From positions 531,306-595,305 of the forward strand of contig JAMWCF010000001.1 of the NCBI GenBank assembly GCA_023818695.1: a DNA stretch of 64,000 nucleotides, read 5' to 3'. The translations under genes were made by a program, and so were the position numbers. Shown piece after piece: positions 1 through 7,842 of the stretch (the stretch's first letter is position 1; every line of letters begins with the position of its first letter). This stretch comes from Candidatus Omnitrophota bacterium. GTDB lineage: Bacteria; Omnitrophota; Gorgyraeia; 1-14-0-20-64-10. A model generated the notes under the pieces. The model was given only the letters and a program-made list of their open reading frames with translations. It ran no database searches and was not told the origin of the DNA.

Positions 1-2
1 GG

Positions 3-644
3 CGCCTGACCCGCGGCTGCCTGGAGGTCTGCAGCCGGTTCAGGAACCCGGCCGGCATCATCACCAAATCCCTGCTGATCCGGCGGGACATCGACGTTCT
101 GCGGGAGCTCCATCTGGGGGCTTCCGTCAGCGTCTCCATCAGCATCCCGTTCGCCGATGATCAAACCGCCCGGAAGATCGAGCCCGGCGCGCCGGCCATC
201 CACCGCCGCTTCGAGACAATGCAGCTCCTGGCGGACGCCGGCATCCCGGTGGGGATCGGGATCGCGCCGGTCATCCCGGGACTCAACGAAAAGGATATCC
301 CCACCCTGCTCAAGCGTGCCAAGGAGCACGGTGCCCGGTTCGCCTTCCATACTCTGCTTCGCCTGCCTGGGAGTGTCAAGCAGGTCTTCTTCCATCGGAT
401 GCAGGAGGAGTTCCCGGACCGGATGGAGAAGATCGAGCACGCGGTCCGGGCCTCCAGACGAGGCAAACTGTACGACAGCCGGTTCGGGATGCGCCACGCG
501 GGGTTCGGGCAGCAATGGGAAACGGTCGAGAAACTCTGGGAGGTCTGGACCAACAAGCTGGGGTTCAATCAGGAGGAGGACGAGGAGGAAGAAAAGCCGA
601 CCTTCCGCCGCCCTCCACCGGGCGGCCAGATGGAGCTATTCTAA
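3..644 (+). CDS. radical SAM domain protein, C-terminal portion (5' end outside window)
   Basis: Frame 3 is open from the window edge to TAA at 642-644; track ORF 219..644 is only the part after an internal Met. The translation (RLTRGCLEVCSRFRNPAGIITKS...FADDQTARKIEPGAPAIHRRFETMQLLADAGIPVGIGIAPVIPGLNEKD) looks like the C-terminal half of SplB/PA0069-type radical SAM enzymes. Recognition is by eye only. This is the only plus-strand gene in the window. Confidence 0.55.
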   Translation, partial: RLTRGCLEVCSRFRNPAGIITKSLLIRRDIDVLRELHLGASVSVSISIPFADDQTARKIEPGAPAIHRRFETMQLLADAGIPVGIGIAPVIPGLNEKDIPTLLKRAKEHGARFAFHTLLRLPGSVKQVFFHRMQEEFPDRMEKIEHAVRASRRGKLYDSRFGMRHAGFGQQWETVEKLWEVWTNKLGFNQEEDEEEEKPTFRRPPPGGQMELF

Positions 645-651
645 GAGGAAG

Positions 652-728
652 TGGTAGCGGCGAGTGGATTCGAACCACTGACATAGCGGGTATGAGCCGC
701 TTGCTCTAACCAACTGAGCTACGCCGCC
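652..728 (-). tRNA. tRNA-Met (CAU anticodon); elongator Met or lysidine-modified Ile2 cannot be distinguished by eye
   Basis: 77-nt cloverleaf on the minus strand: GGCGGCG acceptor, TAGCTCAGTTGGTTAGAGC D-arm, anticodon loop CTCATAC, GGTTCGAATCC T-loop, encoded 3' CCA (tgg at 652-654 on plus). G1:U72 wobble and no C1xA72 mismatch, so not an initiator type. Confidence 0.9.
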
Positions 729-824
729 AATGAGTTCCTTGCGTGGTCATTCTATCGCTGCTTTTCGAAAAGAGCTGATCGGGTTATTCCGTCGGAAGAT
801 GCGGGAAAACCGTCGGAACCCATT

Positions 825-863
825 TTAAGGGAAGAACCATATCCTGGTTCTTCCCTTAATTTT
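825..863 (+). terminator. perfect 15-bp hairpin followed by TTTT in plus orientation
   Basis: ttaagggaagaacca (825-839), loop tatcc, tggttcttcccttaa (845-859), then tttt (860-863). In the minus orientation the stem is followed by AAAAUGGG, so only the plus-strand reading looks like an intrinsic terminator. Confidence 0.4.
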
Positions 864-875
864 CCCATCTCCAGC

Positions 876-921
876 AAAATCAAAAGGACTTGTTGGGCGA
901 AACTGTAACGTTTCCCCCAAC
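876..921 (-). terminator. candidate intrinsic terminator ending the mnmA-side operon
   Basis: Minus-strand RNA GUUGGGGGAAAC-guuaca-GUUUCGCCCAAC (921..892, 12 positions with one G.G mismatch), followed after 6 nt by UUUUGAUUUU (885..876). It lies 46 nt downstream of the stop of ORF 967..1185. The spacer before the U-tract is longer than canonical. Confidence 0.4.
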
Positions 922-966
922 ATGCCCCCTTCCCCAAGAGGAAGAAGAGTATAGCACCGGCGGCGG

Positions 967-1185
967 TTAGGGGGAAAGTTCCAGGGTAAGGCGCAGGAAG
1001 CCGAGCTGTTTGGTCTGCGCCGTCAGGGATTCCCGAAGAACCTGGTCCATCAGAAGCCGGGAGCGCTCCTGCGCGGGAAGTTTGAGGATAAGGATGTTCT
1101 CCTCAACCTCCACTTCAACCTGGCAGAATCCTGCCTCCTCCAGCCGCTTGAGTACCGGCTCGACGGTTTTTAACTCAAGACTCAT
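967..1185 (-). CDS. hypothetical small protein (72 aa)
   Basis: ATG at 1185 overlaps the mnmA stop by 11 nt. No motif is recognised with certainty. The pattern GFCQVEVEVEE...ERSRLL...KQLGFLRLTLEL is reminiscent of the C-terminal subdomain at the end of some PP-loop ATPases (LarE-like), from memory only. Confidence 0.4.
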   Translation of the reverse strand: MSLELKTVEPVLKRLEEAGFCQVEVEVEENILILKLPAQERSRLLMDQVLRESLTAQTKQLGFLRLTLELSP

Positions 1186-2290
1186 GACTCACCCCCTGAC
1201 TGTTCTTGGCGAGCCAGCCGCCGCCAAGAACAAGATCGCCGTCATAAAAGACGGCCGCCTGGCCGGGGCTGATGCCGCCGGGCAACGGATCTTTGAATTC
1301 GACCTTCACCCGGTCGCCGGCCGGGATGAACCGGGCCGGAAGTTTCGGGGACCTGTACCGGACCTTGATCTCTCCTTCCATCGGTCCGGAAAGACCGCCC
1401 AGGGAAACCCAATGCAGGTCTTCCACCTCGCAGGTGGTCACTGACAGCTCCTCTTCCTCTCCGACGATCACCCTGTTCTTCAACCGGTCAATCCCCAGGA
1501 CGTAAAGGGGCCTCGGCCGGGCAAGCCCAAGCCCTTTACGCTGGCCCACCGTGTAAGCGCCGATTCCCTGATGAGTGCCCAACACATCCCCCTGGCGGTC
1601 GACGATCTCGCCGGGCACAAAGCTCTCCGGCGTCCGTTCTTTCAGGAATTTCTGCGTGTCTCCGTCAGGGATGAAACACAGCTCCATCGATTCCGGCTTC
1701 TCCGCCACGTTCAGACCGGCCTGGCGGGCGTGGGCCCTCACCTCCTCCTTGGTCTTGTCGCCCAGGGGAAGGATCATGTGGGAAAGCTGATCCTGCGACA
1801 GCTGAAAGAGGACGTAAGACTGATCCTTCCTTTCATCCGCTGCCTGGCGGAGCACGTACCTGCCCCGGTGCGACGACCATTCCACCGCAGCGTAATGGCC
1901 GGTCGCCAGCCACCGGGCGCCGAGGGCCTTGGCCCTTTCCAGCAGGAGGCCGGTCTTAATCTGGCGGTTGCACACCACGCAGGGGTTCGGGGTGGTGCCT
2001 TGTGAGTATCCCCGGATGAAGTAATCCATCACCTCGATTCTGAACTCCTCGGAGACCTCCATCACGTAAAAGGGGATCTCCAAGTGGGCGGCAACAGCTC
2101 TGGCATCCTCGATGTCCCGGGTGGAACAGCAGGTCTGCCCTTTTGGGACGGTGTCGCACAGCTCCTTCGGCCAGGTCTTGAGGGTGATGCCGATCACCCG
2201 GTAACCCGCCTCCTTCAGCAGGCAGGCGGCGACGGAAGAGTCCACCCCCCCGCTCATCGCCACGACAACAGTCTCCTTCGGCTGGATCAT
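1175..2290 (-). CDS. mnmA: tRNA 2-thiouridine(34) synthase MnmA
   Basis: Starts at an internal ATG (MIQPKETVVVAMSGGVDSSVAACLL, PP-loop SGGxDS). Also CSTRDIEDARAVA and PNPCVVCNRQIK motifs. The ATG shares one base with the panB stop (TGATG). The upstream 112 codons of track ORF 1175..2626 overlap panB in another frame and are not coding. Confidence 0.9.
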   Translation of the reverse strand: MIQPKETVVVAMSGGVDSSVAACLLKEAGYRVIGITLKTWPKELCDTVPKGQTCCSTRDIEDARAVAAHLEIPFYVMEVSEEFRIEVMDYFIRGYSQGTTPNPCVVCNRQIKTGLLLERAKALGARWLATGHYAAVEWSSHRGRYVLRQAADERKDQSYVLFQLSQDQLSHMILPLGDKTKEEVRAHARQAGLNVAEKPESMELCFIPDGDTQKFLKERTPESFVPGEIVDRQGDVLGTHQGIGAYTVGQRKGLGLARPRPLYVLGIDRLKNRVIVGEEEELSVTTCEVEDLHWVSLGGLSGPMEGEIKVRYRSPKLPARFIPAGDRVKVEFKDPLPGGISPGQAAVFYDGDLVLGGGWLAKNSQGVSHES

Positions 2291-3174
2291 CAGCGGGCCT
2301 TCGACAGAGGGATCACCGCCGACCGCTTTCTCGGCCGAAACGGCGGCTTCAGAAGCTTCTCCTGGTCCGGGTTGAGGAAATACGATTCTTCGTCTGATGG
2401 GAAAGATCCTTTCTCCACCGCCTGGCGGAAGTTTTTCAGGGCGGAAGAGATCTGCCCGTTCAAGTCCGCGAACCGCCGGACGAATTTCGGGTGGAACGCC
2501 GACTGGAAACCGAGCAGGTCGTGCGTGACCAGCACCTGGCCGTCGCACAGAGGGCCGGCCCCGATGCCAATGGTCGGGATTGAGAGAGACTTGGTGATCA
2601 GCCCCGCCACCTGGACCGGCACGCATTCCAGCACGATCCCGAAACAGCCGGCCCCCTCCAGGGCCAAGGCCGCCTGCAGGAGTTTCTTGGCGCTTTCCGC
2701 CGTCTTGGCCTGGACCTTGAACCCCCCCGTCTTGCCGGCGGTCTGCGGCGTGAGGCCCACGTGCCCCAGCACGGGAATTCCCGCTTCCACAATCGCCTCC
2801 ACCGCCTCAATCGATGCCGGCGACCCCTGCCCGCCCTCCACCTTGACGGCGTCGCAGCCGGCCTCTTTCACGAAACGGCCCGCATTCATCACCGTCCGCT
2901 GTTTGGACACGTTGAAGGACATGAACGGCATGTCGCCGACCACCAGCGCTTTCGATACCCCGCGCCGGACCGCTTTGGCGTGATGGATCATCTCCCGCAT
3001 CGTGACCGGCACGGTGGCAGGGTATCCCAGCGCCACCATCCCCAGGGAATCGCCGACCAGAACCATGTCCACCCCGGCCTCATCCAGGAGGCGAGCCATC
3101 GGCAGGTCATAGGCGGTCAGCATGATGATCTTCTCGCCGCTCTTTTTCTTTTGGAGAATCTCCGGTATCGTCAT
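2290..3174 (-). CDS. panB: 3-methyl-2-oxobutanoate hydroxymethyltransferase (ketopantoate hydroxymethyltransferase)
   Basis: KIIMLTAYDLPMARLLDEAGVDMVLVGDSLGMV, VVGDMPFMSF, AVKVEGG, GHVGLTPQ: typical PanB blocks along the full length. Confidence 0.9.
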   Translation of the reverse strand: MTIPEILQKKKSGEKIIMLTAYDLPMARLLDEAGVDMVLVGDSLGMVALGYPATVPVTMREMIHHAKAVRRGVSKALVVGDMPFMSFNVSKQRTVMNAGRFVKEAGCDAVKVEGGQGSPASIEAVEAIVEAGIPVLGHVGLTPQTAGKTGGFKVQAKTAESAKKLLQAALALEGAGCFGIVLECVPVQVAGLITKSLSIPTIGIGAGPLCDGQVLVTHDLLGFQSAFHPKFVRRFADLNGQISSALKNFRQAVEKGSFPSDEESYFLNPDQEKLLKPPFRPRKRSAVIPLSKAR

Positions 3175-4049
3175 TTTGAACCATCCACTTGCAGTTTAAA
3201 CGCTTCAAGGGTGTTGCGCATCAGGGTGGCCACGACCACCGGCCCCACTCCTCCCGGCACCGGCGTGATGAAGCTGGCGGCCTTTACCGCCTCGTCAAAT
3301 TCGACATCCCCCTGAACCTGGCCGTTGACCAGGTTGATCCCCACGTCGATCACGATGGCGCCGGGCCGAATCCAGGCCCCCTTGATCATGTGGGCCTTGC
3401 CGACGGCGACCACCAGCACCTCCGCCCGCTTCACGTGTTCGCTCAAACGGCCCCGATCGGAGGTCGCGACGTGACAGACAGTAACCGTGCAGAACTTGTC
3501 CAGAAGCAGCAGCGAGACCGGTTTGCCGATCAGCCCGCTGTGGCCGACGATCACCGCCTCCTTGCCGTAGAGATCGGCGCCGGTGGCAGCGATCAGCTCC
3601 ATCACCGCGAGCGAGGTGCAGGTGCCGATGCGGGACCAGCCGAAGGCCGACTGCCCCAGATGCTGCGGATGGATCCCTTCGACGTCCTTCTTTGGATCGA
3701 TGCAGGCCGAGATCTCGCGGCCGCTGACGTGGGACGGCAGAGGGAACTGGACCGTGATGCCGGTGATCTGCGGGTCGCCATTCCACTGCGCAATCCGCTC
3801 CTCGAGCCGCTCCTGCGTCGTCTCTTCCGGCAGACGCTCCAGGCGGTAGCCGATCCCCAGCGTTTCCGCCGCCTTCTTCTGCGAGCGGACGAACAGGTCG
3901 GAAGCCGACTGGGCCCCGACCTGCACCGTCAGCAGGAACGGCACCCTGCTGTGTTTTTGCCGGAGGCGTTCGACCTCGATCTTGAGGTTCTTAAGAATTG
4001 CGCTCGCGATCGCCCGCCCATCGAGGATTTGCGCTGTCATTGTCGTCAC
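3171..4049 (-). CDS. folD: bifunctional 5,10-methylene-THF dehydrogenase / 5,10-methenyl-THF cyclohydrolase
   Basis: ILDGRAIASAI, VQVGAQSASDLFVRSQKKAAE, VIVGHSGLIGKPVSLLL, ITPVPGGVGPVVVATLM. 4-nt overlaps with both neighbours. Confidence 0.92.
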   Translation of the reverse strand: MTTMTAQILDGRAIASAILKNLKIEVERLRQKHSRVPFLLTVQVGAQSASDLFVRSQKKAAETLGIGYRLERLPEETTQERLEERIAQWNGDPQITGITVQFPLPSHVSGREISACIDPKKDVEGIHPQHLGQSAFGWSRIGTCTSLAVMELIAATGADLYGKEAVIVGHSGLIGKPVSLLLLDKFCTVTVCHVATSDRGRLSEHVKRAEVLVVAVGKAHMIKGAWIRPGAIVIDVGINLVNGQVQGDVEFDEAVKAASFITPVPGGVGPVVVATLMRNTLEAFKLQVDGSK

Positions 4050-4618
4050 AAAAACTTCACCTTTTTTTGCAGAGACACAAGCTGCCCTTGAAAAAGCTTG
4101 TCCTTCGGGCCGACCCGGTCACACCTCACATTGATGAAAGCCATCCCGGAAGCAGCTTCGAAAGATCCCTTGAGGATGGCGCGGGCCGCTTTGAGATCCG
4201 AACCCAGGTAAGGACCCGCCGCCGGCAGAATACCCTTGAGCGTCTTGAGCACATCACAAACCGCCTCGCACATCTCCAAGGGTGTCCGGATGGCCCGACG
4301 GCGGGCCGCGGCGATGCCTGTTCCCCGCCTCTGGGCCCGCACGAGCTTCTGATAAACGACCGCGTCCTCCCGGATCAGCTCCTGCAGGCGCCTGGAGATC
4401 CGCTCGACCGCCCGCAGTTCCTCCCGCATCCGACGGCGAACGGATGGGGCGACGCGCGGCCTGGCCAGCAAAACCCGGATGACCATCGCCACCAGCGCAG
4501 CCCCGAGGGCCCCACTCAACGCGGCGGCTGCACCGCCGCCCGGTGCCGGGTCGGTCGATGAGAGCCGGCTGACGAACTGCCGGATCGACCAGCCGGTTGA
4601 AACAGCGCTCCTTGCCAT
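4046..4618 (-). CDS. fchA: cyclodeaminase/cyclohydrolase family protein (FchA-like methenyl-THF cyclohydrolase)
   Basis: N-terminal signature FVSRLSSTDPAPGGGAAAALSGALGAALVAMV and an all-helical remainder. Position between fhs and folD matches folate C1 clusters. Confidence 0.75.
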   Translation of the reverse strand: MARSAVSTGWSIRQFVSRLSSTDPAPGGGAAAALSGALGAALVAMVIRVLLARPRVAPSVRRRMREELRAVERISRRLQELIREDAVVYQKLVRAQRRGTGIAAARRRAIRTPLEMCEAVCDVLKTLKGILPAAGPYLGSDLKAARAILKGSFEAASGMAFINVRCDRVGPKDKLFQGQLVSLQKKVKFL

Positions 4619-4624
4619 CGAATT

Positions 4625-6322
4625 CTAAAAAAGACCTGTGATGCGGCCTTCCGAATCGATATCCAGCTTCTCGGCCAGCGGAGATTTGGGAAGACCGGGC
4701 ATGGTCAGGATCTTCCCCGTCAGGGCCAGGAGGAAGCCGGCGCCGGCCTCCACACGGATCGACCGGACCTTCAGCTTCCAACCGGTCGGGACCCCCTTTT
4801 GCTTGGGATCATCGGATAGGGACAACTGCGTCTTCGCCACGTTGATCGGCAGACCCGCATACCCCTGTTTTGTCAAACGCTGGATGTCCGCCAGGGCCTC
4901 CTCGCTGCACTCCACGCCGTCCGCGCCGTAGATCTCCCGGGCAATCGTATCCAGCTTCTGCTGGATGGTGGACTCCAGCGGATAGAGCGGGACGAAATGG
5001 GACGCTTTCTCATGCTGCAGAACCGCGAGGACCTCCTTGGCCAGCTCGATCCCTCCCTCCCCGCCTTTCTCGGAAACCTCCGAGATCGCGCAGCGGATCT
5101 TCAGCCCCAGGCAATGCTCTTTCAAAAGGCGCAGTTCGGTGTCGGAATCGGAGAAAAACCGGTTGACGGCCACGATGGGAACGAGCCCGAGTTTTCGGAC
5201 GACGTTCAGATGATGCTCCATGTTCTCGAAACCGCGCTGCATCGCCCTGACATCCTCCCGATCAGAGGCCTCCTGGAGGGTCATCCCTCCGTGGACCTTC
5301 AGCGCACGAACCGTCACCACCACCACCGCCACCTCGGGACGGAACCCGGCGCAGCGCGCCACGATGTGGCAGAACTTCTCCAGGCCGAGATCGGTCCCGA
5401 ACCCTCCCTCGGTCACGCAATAGTCCGCCAGGCGCAGCCCCATCTCGGTGGCCAAAACCGAGTTGGCGCCGTGGGCCAGGTTGGCGAAGGGACCGGTGTG
5501 GATGAAGACCGGCTGTCCCTCCAACGTCTGCACCAGGTTCGGCTTGATGGCATCCTTCATCAGCAGTGCCATGGCCCCCACCGCCTTGACGTCCCGCGCC
5601 GTGACCGGCGAGCCGTCCTTCCGGTAGGCCACCACCATCCTTCCCAGCCGCTCCTTCAGGTCGTCGAAACTCCTGGCCAGCGCCAAGACCGCCATGATTT
5701 CGCTGGCCACCGTGATGTCGAAGCCGGTCTCCCGGCTCACGTAGCCGATTCCGCCCAAGCCCACCCGAATATGCCGGAGGTTCCGGTCCGGGATCTCGGA
5801 GACGCGGCGCCAGATGATCTGTTCCGGGTCGATCCCCAGCTCATTGCCATGCAGGACGTGGTTTTCGACGAGGGCGGCCAGCAGGTTGTGGGCGGTCCCC
5901 ACCGCGTGGATGTCGCCGGTGAAATGAAGGTTGATGTCGTCCATCGGCAGAATCTGGGCCCGGCCCGATCCGCACGCTCCACCCTTGGCGCCGAAGATCG
6001 GTCCGATGGAGGGCTCCCGGAGGGTCAGCATCGCTTTTTTCCGGAGCCGCCCCATCGCCTCGGTCAATCCGATCGCCGTGGAGGTCTTCCCCTCCCCCGC
6101 CTCCGTCGGCGTCATGGCGGTAACCACGATCAGCCGGCCGTAAGGGCGGGAGCGGACCCGCTCCAGCAGCTTCAGGGAGACCTTGGCCTTGTACTGGCCG
6201 TAGACCTCCAGCTCCTCCAGGCGGATGCCGGCGGACCTGGCGATCTCCGTGATCTGAAGAGGCCTGGCGGACTGGGCTATCTCGATATTGGACGGAATTT
6301 TCCGTTCTGTTTGCGTAGGCAT
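4625..6322 (-). CDS. fhs: formate--tetrahydrofolate ligase
   Basis: 565 aa. VTAMTPTEAGEGKTSTAIGL, GPIFGAKGGACGSGRAQ, HTGPFANLAHGANS, VTEGGFGTDLGLEKF: canonical Fhs blocks. Confidence 0.95.
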   Translation of the reverse strand: MPTQTERKIPSNIEIAQSARPLQITEIARSAGIRLEELEVYGQYKAKVSLKLLERVRSRPYGRLIVVTAMTPTEAGEGKTSTAIGLTEAMGRLRKKAMLTLREPSIGPIFGAKGGACGSGRAQILPMDDINLHFTGDIHAVGTAHNLLAALVENHVLHGNELGIDPEQIIWRRVSEIPDRNLRHIRVGLGGIGYVSRETGFDITVASEIMAVLALARSFDDLKERLGRMVVAYRKDGSPVTARDVKAVGAMALLMKDAIKPNLVQTLEGQPVFIHTGPFANLAHGANSVLATEMGLRLADYCVTEGGFGTDLGLEKFCHIVARCAGFRPEVAVVVVTVRALKVHGGMTLQEASDREDVRAMQRGFENMEHHLNVVRKLGLVPIVAVNRFFSDSDTELRLLKEHCLGLKIRCAISEVSEKGGEGGIELAKEVLAVLQHEKASHFVPLYPLESTIQQKLDTIAREIYGADGVECSEEALADIQRLTKQGYAGLPINVAKTQLSLSDDPKQKGVPTGWKLKVRSIRVEAGAGFLLALTGKILTMPGLPKSPLAEKLDIDSEGRITGLF

Positions 6323-6331
6323 AGAGCTTTT

Positions 6332-6340
6332 ATTGTATCA
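6332..6340 (-). promoter_or_regulatory. candidate extended -10 promoter (TGATACAAT) 9 nt upstream of the fhs ATG
   Basis: Minus strand reads TCTGATACAAT-aaaagctct-ATG(6322). There is no Shine-Dalgarno in the 9-nt gap. Confidence 0.4.
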
Positions 6341-6358
6341 GACTCTTTCGGAGTTGGT

Positions 6359-6742
6359 TTATTCAAAAGCCCCTTTGATCAGGCGGGTCCTGGCAACCGT
6401 GCCGTCGGGTCCCAACAGCACGCAGACAACGTCGAACCGGGCGGGGGTCTCCCCCAGGCGCCTGGTCTGGCAGTACCAGAGGGCCAGCCGTTTCAGCCGT
6501 GCCTGCTTCAGCGGCGTCACCGCCTCCTCCGGCCAACCAAATCGGAGATCCAAGCGGGTCTTCACCTCGATAAAACAAAGGACATTCCCGCTGAAAGCGA
6601 CCAGGTCGATCTCCCCCAGCCGGCAGCGAATGTTTCGGCCGACCAGGCGGTAGCCTTCCTTCCGGAGCAGATGGAGGGCCTCCCTTTCACCAATCCGGCC
6701 GGCTTCCTGCCGGCTGATTTTCCTCTCACTCTGGAAAAGCAT
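6359..6742 (-). CDS. yraN: YraN family (UPF0102) endonuclease-like protein
   Basis: GEREALHLLRKEGYRLVGRNIRCRLGEIDLVAFSGNVLCFIEVKTR is the typical UPF0102 core. It follows rnhB, as in many bacteria. Confidence 0.85.
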   Translation of the reverse strand: MLFQSERKISRQEAGRIGEREALHLLRKEGYRLVGRNIRCRLGEIDLVAFSGNVLCFIEVKTRLDLRFGWPEEAVTPLKQARLKRLALWYCQTRRLGETPARFDVVCVLLGPDGTVARTRLIKGAFE

Positions 6743-7382
6743 CTGGGCGCATGGGATGAAAACTGTACCGGTGGAAAGAGGAAGGGCCGATCCGGCGGAT
6801 CGCTTTCAGATGGGCGCTGGTGCCGTAGCCCTTATGCCGCATGAAGCCGTATTCCGGCACCAGCAGATGCAACCTATCCATCCACCGGTCCCGGATCACC
6901 TTGGCGACGATCGAGGCGCAGGCGATCGACAGGCTCTTGGCGTCCCCCCCGATCACCGGAACGGCCTGAACCGGGCAGTCTTTCCAGACGCTCGGCCCGT
7001 CCACAAGGACCAGGGCCGGCCGGGTGGAAAGCTTCTCGAACGCCAGCCGCATAGCGGCATGGCAGGCGGCATGGATTCCGGTCCGGTCGATCTCCTCCGG
7101 ATAGACCACGCCGATGCCGACGTCGGCGTGAGGGACGATGGCGCGGAAAGCCGCTTCACGGGCTTTTGGGGAAAGGCGCTTGGAATCGTCGATCGCGACC
7201 GGGAAGGAAAAACGGCGAAGGACCACGGCCCCCGCCACCACCGGACCGGCCAAAGGACCGCGGCCCACTTCATCGATGCCAGCCAGAGGAGAAAACCGCA
7301 GGCCGTATCGGCGCTCCATGGTCCGGTCAAAACGGCGAAGCTGCTCAATCCTCTGCACGATGGGAACGGGCTCCCCCTTCAC
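6726..7382 (-). CDS. rnhB: ribonuclease HII
   Basis: LAGIDEVGRGPLAGPVVAGAVVL and DDSKRLSPKARE motifs. The start is uncertain: GTG at 7382 or ATG at 7319. The track start at 7502 would overlap rplS by 77 nt and is rejected. Confidence 0.85.
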   Translation of the reverse strand: MKGEPVPIVQRIEQLRRFDRTMERRYGLRFSPLAGIDEVGRGPLAGPVVAGAVVLRRFSFPVAIDDSKRLSPKAREAAFRAIVPHADVGIGVVYPEEIDRTGIHAACHAAMRLAFEKLSTRPALVLVDGPSVWKDCPVQAVPVIGGDAKSLSIACASIVAKVIRDRWMDRLHLLVPEYGFMRHKGYGTSAHLKAIRRIGPSSFHRYSFHPMRPDAFPE

Positions 7383-7425
7383 CGTTAAGATGCTGCTGCG
7401 TTGCGCTGTCGTGCCGTTGTGCTGC

Positions 7426-7842
7426 TTAAGAAGACGACTGGCTGACCGGCTGGGTCTGGGGGGAGGAGGAGGCCGGCTGCGGATTCGAAGAACCTTCCTC
7501 AAACCGCTGTTCGATCCGGGCCCCCTTACCCACCTTCTTGCGCAGGTAATACAGCTTGGCCCGGCGAACGTTGCCCTGCTTGACCACCAGGATCTTCTCG
7601 ATGAAGGGGGAATGCAGAAGGAACGTCCTCTCGACCCCTTCCCCGTAGCTGATCCGGCGCACGGTGAAGGTCTCCCGGACGGAACCCCCTTTCCTGGAGA
7701 TCACCAACCCCTCGTAGGGCTGGATGCGGGTCTTCTCATCCTCGGTGATCCGGACAAAAACCCGCAGGGTGTCGCCCACCTTGAAGGAAGGCCGGTCGGC
7801 TTTCAGTAAAGATTGCTCAATCGCTTGAATTCGTCGGTCCAT
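7426..7842 (-). CDS. rplS: 50S ribosomal protein L19
   Basis: [55 protein letters not shown] at 7842 is preferred over the TTG at 7848. It carries a Ser/Pro/Gln-rich C-terminal tail. Confidence 0.9.
   Translation of the reverse strand: MDRRIQAIEQSLLKADRPSFKVGDTLRVFVRITEDEKTRIQPYEGLVISRKGGSVRETFTVRRISYGEGVERTFLLHSPFIEKILVVKQGNVRRAKLYYLRKKVGKGARIEQRFEEGSSNPQPASSSPQTQPVSQSSS

Noticed and set aside
752-937. 61-aa minus-strand ORF in the tRNA-proximal spacer
   Set aside because: It spans both strong hairpins (825-859 and 892-921) and has no SD and no recognisable features. The region is better explained as terminator or structured RNA.
948-956. Extended -10-like TGCTATACT on the minus strand just after the stop of ORF 967..1185
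   Set aside because: It sits upstream of the terminator-like hairpin at 921..876, so a promoter here would fire straight into a terminator. This is probably a chance match.
645-966. tRNA-adjacent AT-richer region, considered as a genomic-island or prophage junction
   Set aside because: No integrase, transposase, direct repeat of the tRNA 3' end, or phage-like genes occur anywhere in the window. The flanking genes are core housekeeping.
4997-6844. 615-aa plus-strand ORF, the longest plus-strand ORF in the track
   Set aside because: It lies fully antisense to fhs and yraN, whose products carry unmistakable family motifs. Its translation is Arg/Gly/Pro/His/Asp-rich low-information sequence with no motif. 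Stop-free antisense frames are expected in GC-rich DNA.
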